Origin: Marsupella aquatica
Lineage: Eukaryota > Plantae > Marchantiophyta
Reading direction: 5' to 3'
Length of the DNA stretch: 64,000 nucleotides
NCBI GenBank assembly: GCA_973895155.1
Contig: OZ316891.1
Coordinates: forward strand, 3,237,801-3,301,800
The notes under the pieces are model-generated. The model saw only the letters and a list, made by a program, of their open reading frames with translations. It did not search any database and was not told where the DNA came from. Below are positions 62,371-64,000 of this stretch, piece by piece. A program made the translations under genes and the position numbers. How positions within the stretch are numbered: the first letter of the stretch is position 1; each line of letters begins with the position of its first letter.

Positions 62371-63287
62371 AGAAATCCAAACATAGAGTTTTTTAAATGA
62401 CAAGAGATAGATTTTTTGAAGCTGCTATATGGTGAATGCAACTTTCAGTATTTTGTCTTATTTAAACTTCTTTTGTTTGAATGTGTCTTACCAAGGTGCA
62501 TCCCTTGTACAGTTTAGATTTCCAATTTATTCTGGCACCCCTCTAATTTTTTAAAATCTTGACTATATTTTAAGATCATCCACCCTGTAACAAAGCTCGT
62601 TGAATTTCTAGCCCTTGTTCTCATGAGTACAGAAGAAATGATCTAAATAATGTGCACACCTTATGTCTTTAAGTAATACTCATGGTTTTGTGTCCTAAAT
62701 TTATGGTTTCAATTATTTTGAGTGTCATTACCTAAAGTAAGTACATAAGTATCTCTACTCATGTACATTATGTGCACATCCCAATACCATAAACTTAAAC
62801 TTTCATATTCATTATTATTTTTCTGTACATGTGTACTTTTAATTTTGTATCTTATATGCACAAGTTTCAATATCATAGACTGTACTTCTCCCTAGTCACT
62901 TCTCCCTAGTCAATGTCCTGTTCATATTTTAATTAGAACACCTGTATATCACTAAAAACAAGAAAATGAAGCATGTTCCAGGATGAGCATGCTATATGGG
63001 GCATGCAAAATGCATTTGGCAAAAGAGGTTGTAGCATAGATTATGCCTGACAGATTGTCCCTTGAGGCCTTCTCCACTATGGGTACATGGTGGTCTTACA
63101 AAGATCCCAAATCACACTATCTATTGCGATTGATAGCTACTCTTCCAGGCAGTCTAGAGTGAAGCCACTAGACTCTGACTCTTAGGCATGACTGAAAATA
63201 TGGGTAACTGAAATGAGGATTGGGGTAGGATCACTCCAATCATAAAAATCCCACACCTCTTGAATGTCCTGACCTCTTATATTAGGC

Positions 63288-63960
63288 TGCCACTAGCCAT
63301 GACAAAACCTGGATCCACTGGTTTTACCATTAGAGGTGTCCTTTTCCTGCAGAGCAAAGGGCATCGCCACTAGCCATGAGAAAACCTGCATCGGTAGTCC
63401 TTACCATTAGCAGCATCCTTGTCCTGAAATTGCAGAGCAAAGGGGCATTGCAGAGGAGAGGAATCTGAAAAAGGGAGAAGTGTATTGAGGGTATGGCTAG
63501 TGAGGGTTTAAAAGAACAGGCACTGAGGCTGGGTGATTAACATAATAATCTCTCCTGGTGCCGGCTTCTCTAGTCTCATGGGCTGCTCGACCTTTGGTCC
63601 CCCTGTGCCCACCCCTTTTGTGGGCCACCCCTCTTATATGCTTGTTTTTTGAATGAATTTCAAATGGTTTTTTCAAGGCAAAAAACAAAAAATAATAATG
63701 ATGATACTCTCAACCGGTTGAAGTCCTGGAGTAATGAGACACAAGCTGCGGACCTCACCCTGCCACAGCGTCCCACGCCGATCTGTTTCTACTGGTCCCA
63801 ATCCAGCCTCGATACTGAATTTGCCACATCTCTCTCTTTTCTCTCTCTCTCTCTGTCTCTGATTGTACCCAATCCAGCCTCAAGCTCTCTCTGTGGACCT
63901 ACCCAGTCCAGCCTCAAACTCTCTGGACCTGAGAGTGTACCCAATCCAGCCTCGAAAGCG
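63288..63960. repeat. Short tandem duplications (~78-bp pair at 63288-63450; four CCCAATCCAGCCTC units at 63797-63953)
   Basis: CCACTAGCCATGA.AAAACCTG..TTACCATTAG..GCAGAGCAAAGGG occurs twice and CCCA.TCCAGCCTC four times; probably the edge of another repeat element. Confidence 0.6.
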
Positions 63961-64000
63961 AATTCGCCTTTCTCTACCGTTCTATCATTCCATACTGGAG

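Overview
Eukaryotic, intron-containing DNA from a land plant, most likely a non-seed plant such as a bryophyte. This is inferred from a DET1 gene, TTTAGGG repeats and a Phygy/Athila-like gypsy element. Left to right: (1) a decayed minus-strand Ty3/gypsy LTR retrotransposon (1 to ~19720; it runs off the left edge). (2) Nested inside it, a 10.5-kb TIR DNA transposon (6368-16875) with two divergent spliced genes: a MULE-like DDE/SWIM transposase and a ParB/Srx-domain protein fused to a beta-class N4C/N6A DNA-methyltransferase fold. Sixteen copies of a 15-bp palindrome (TAGCGCCNGGCGCTA) lie almost entirely in its introns, intergenic region and ends. This is the most novel-looking system in the window. 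(3) A tandem cluster of fungal-type Dal5/allantoate-permease MFS genes (two intact, one pseudogene), probably horizontally acquired. (4) A hAT-type MITE with an 8-bp TSD and a repeat block built around the palindrome GATAAATTTATC. (5) An 11-exon DET1 gene whose exon 2 is broken by a template-switch-like inverted duplication and a frameshift. All calls come from reading the sequence by eye; no searches were run.
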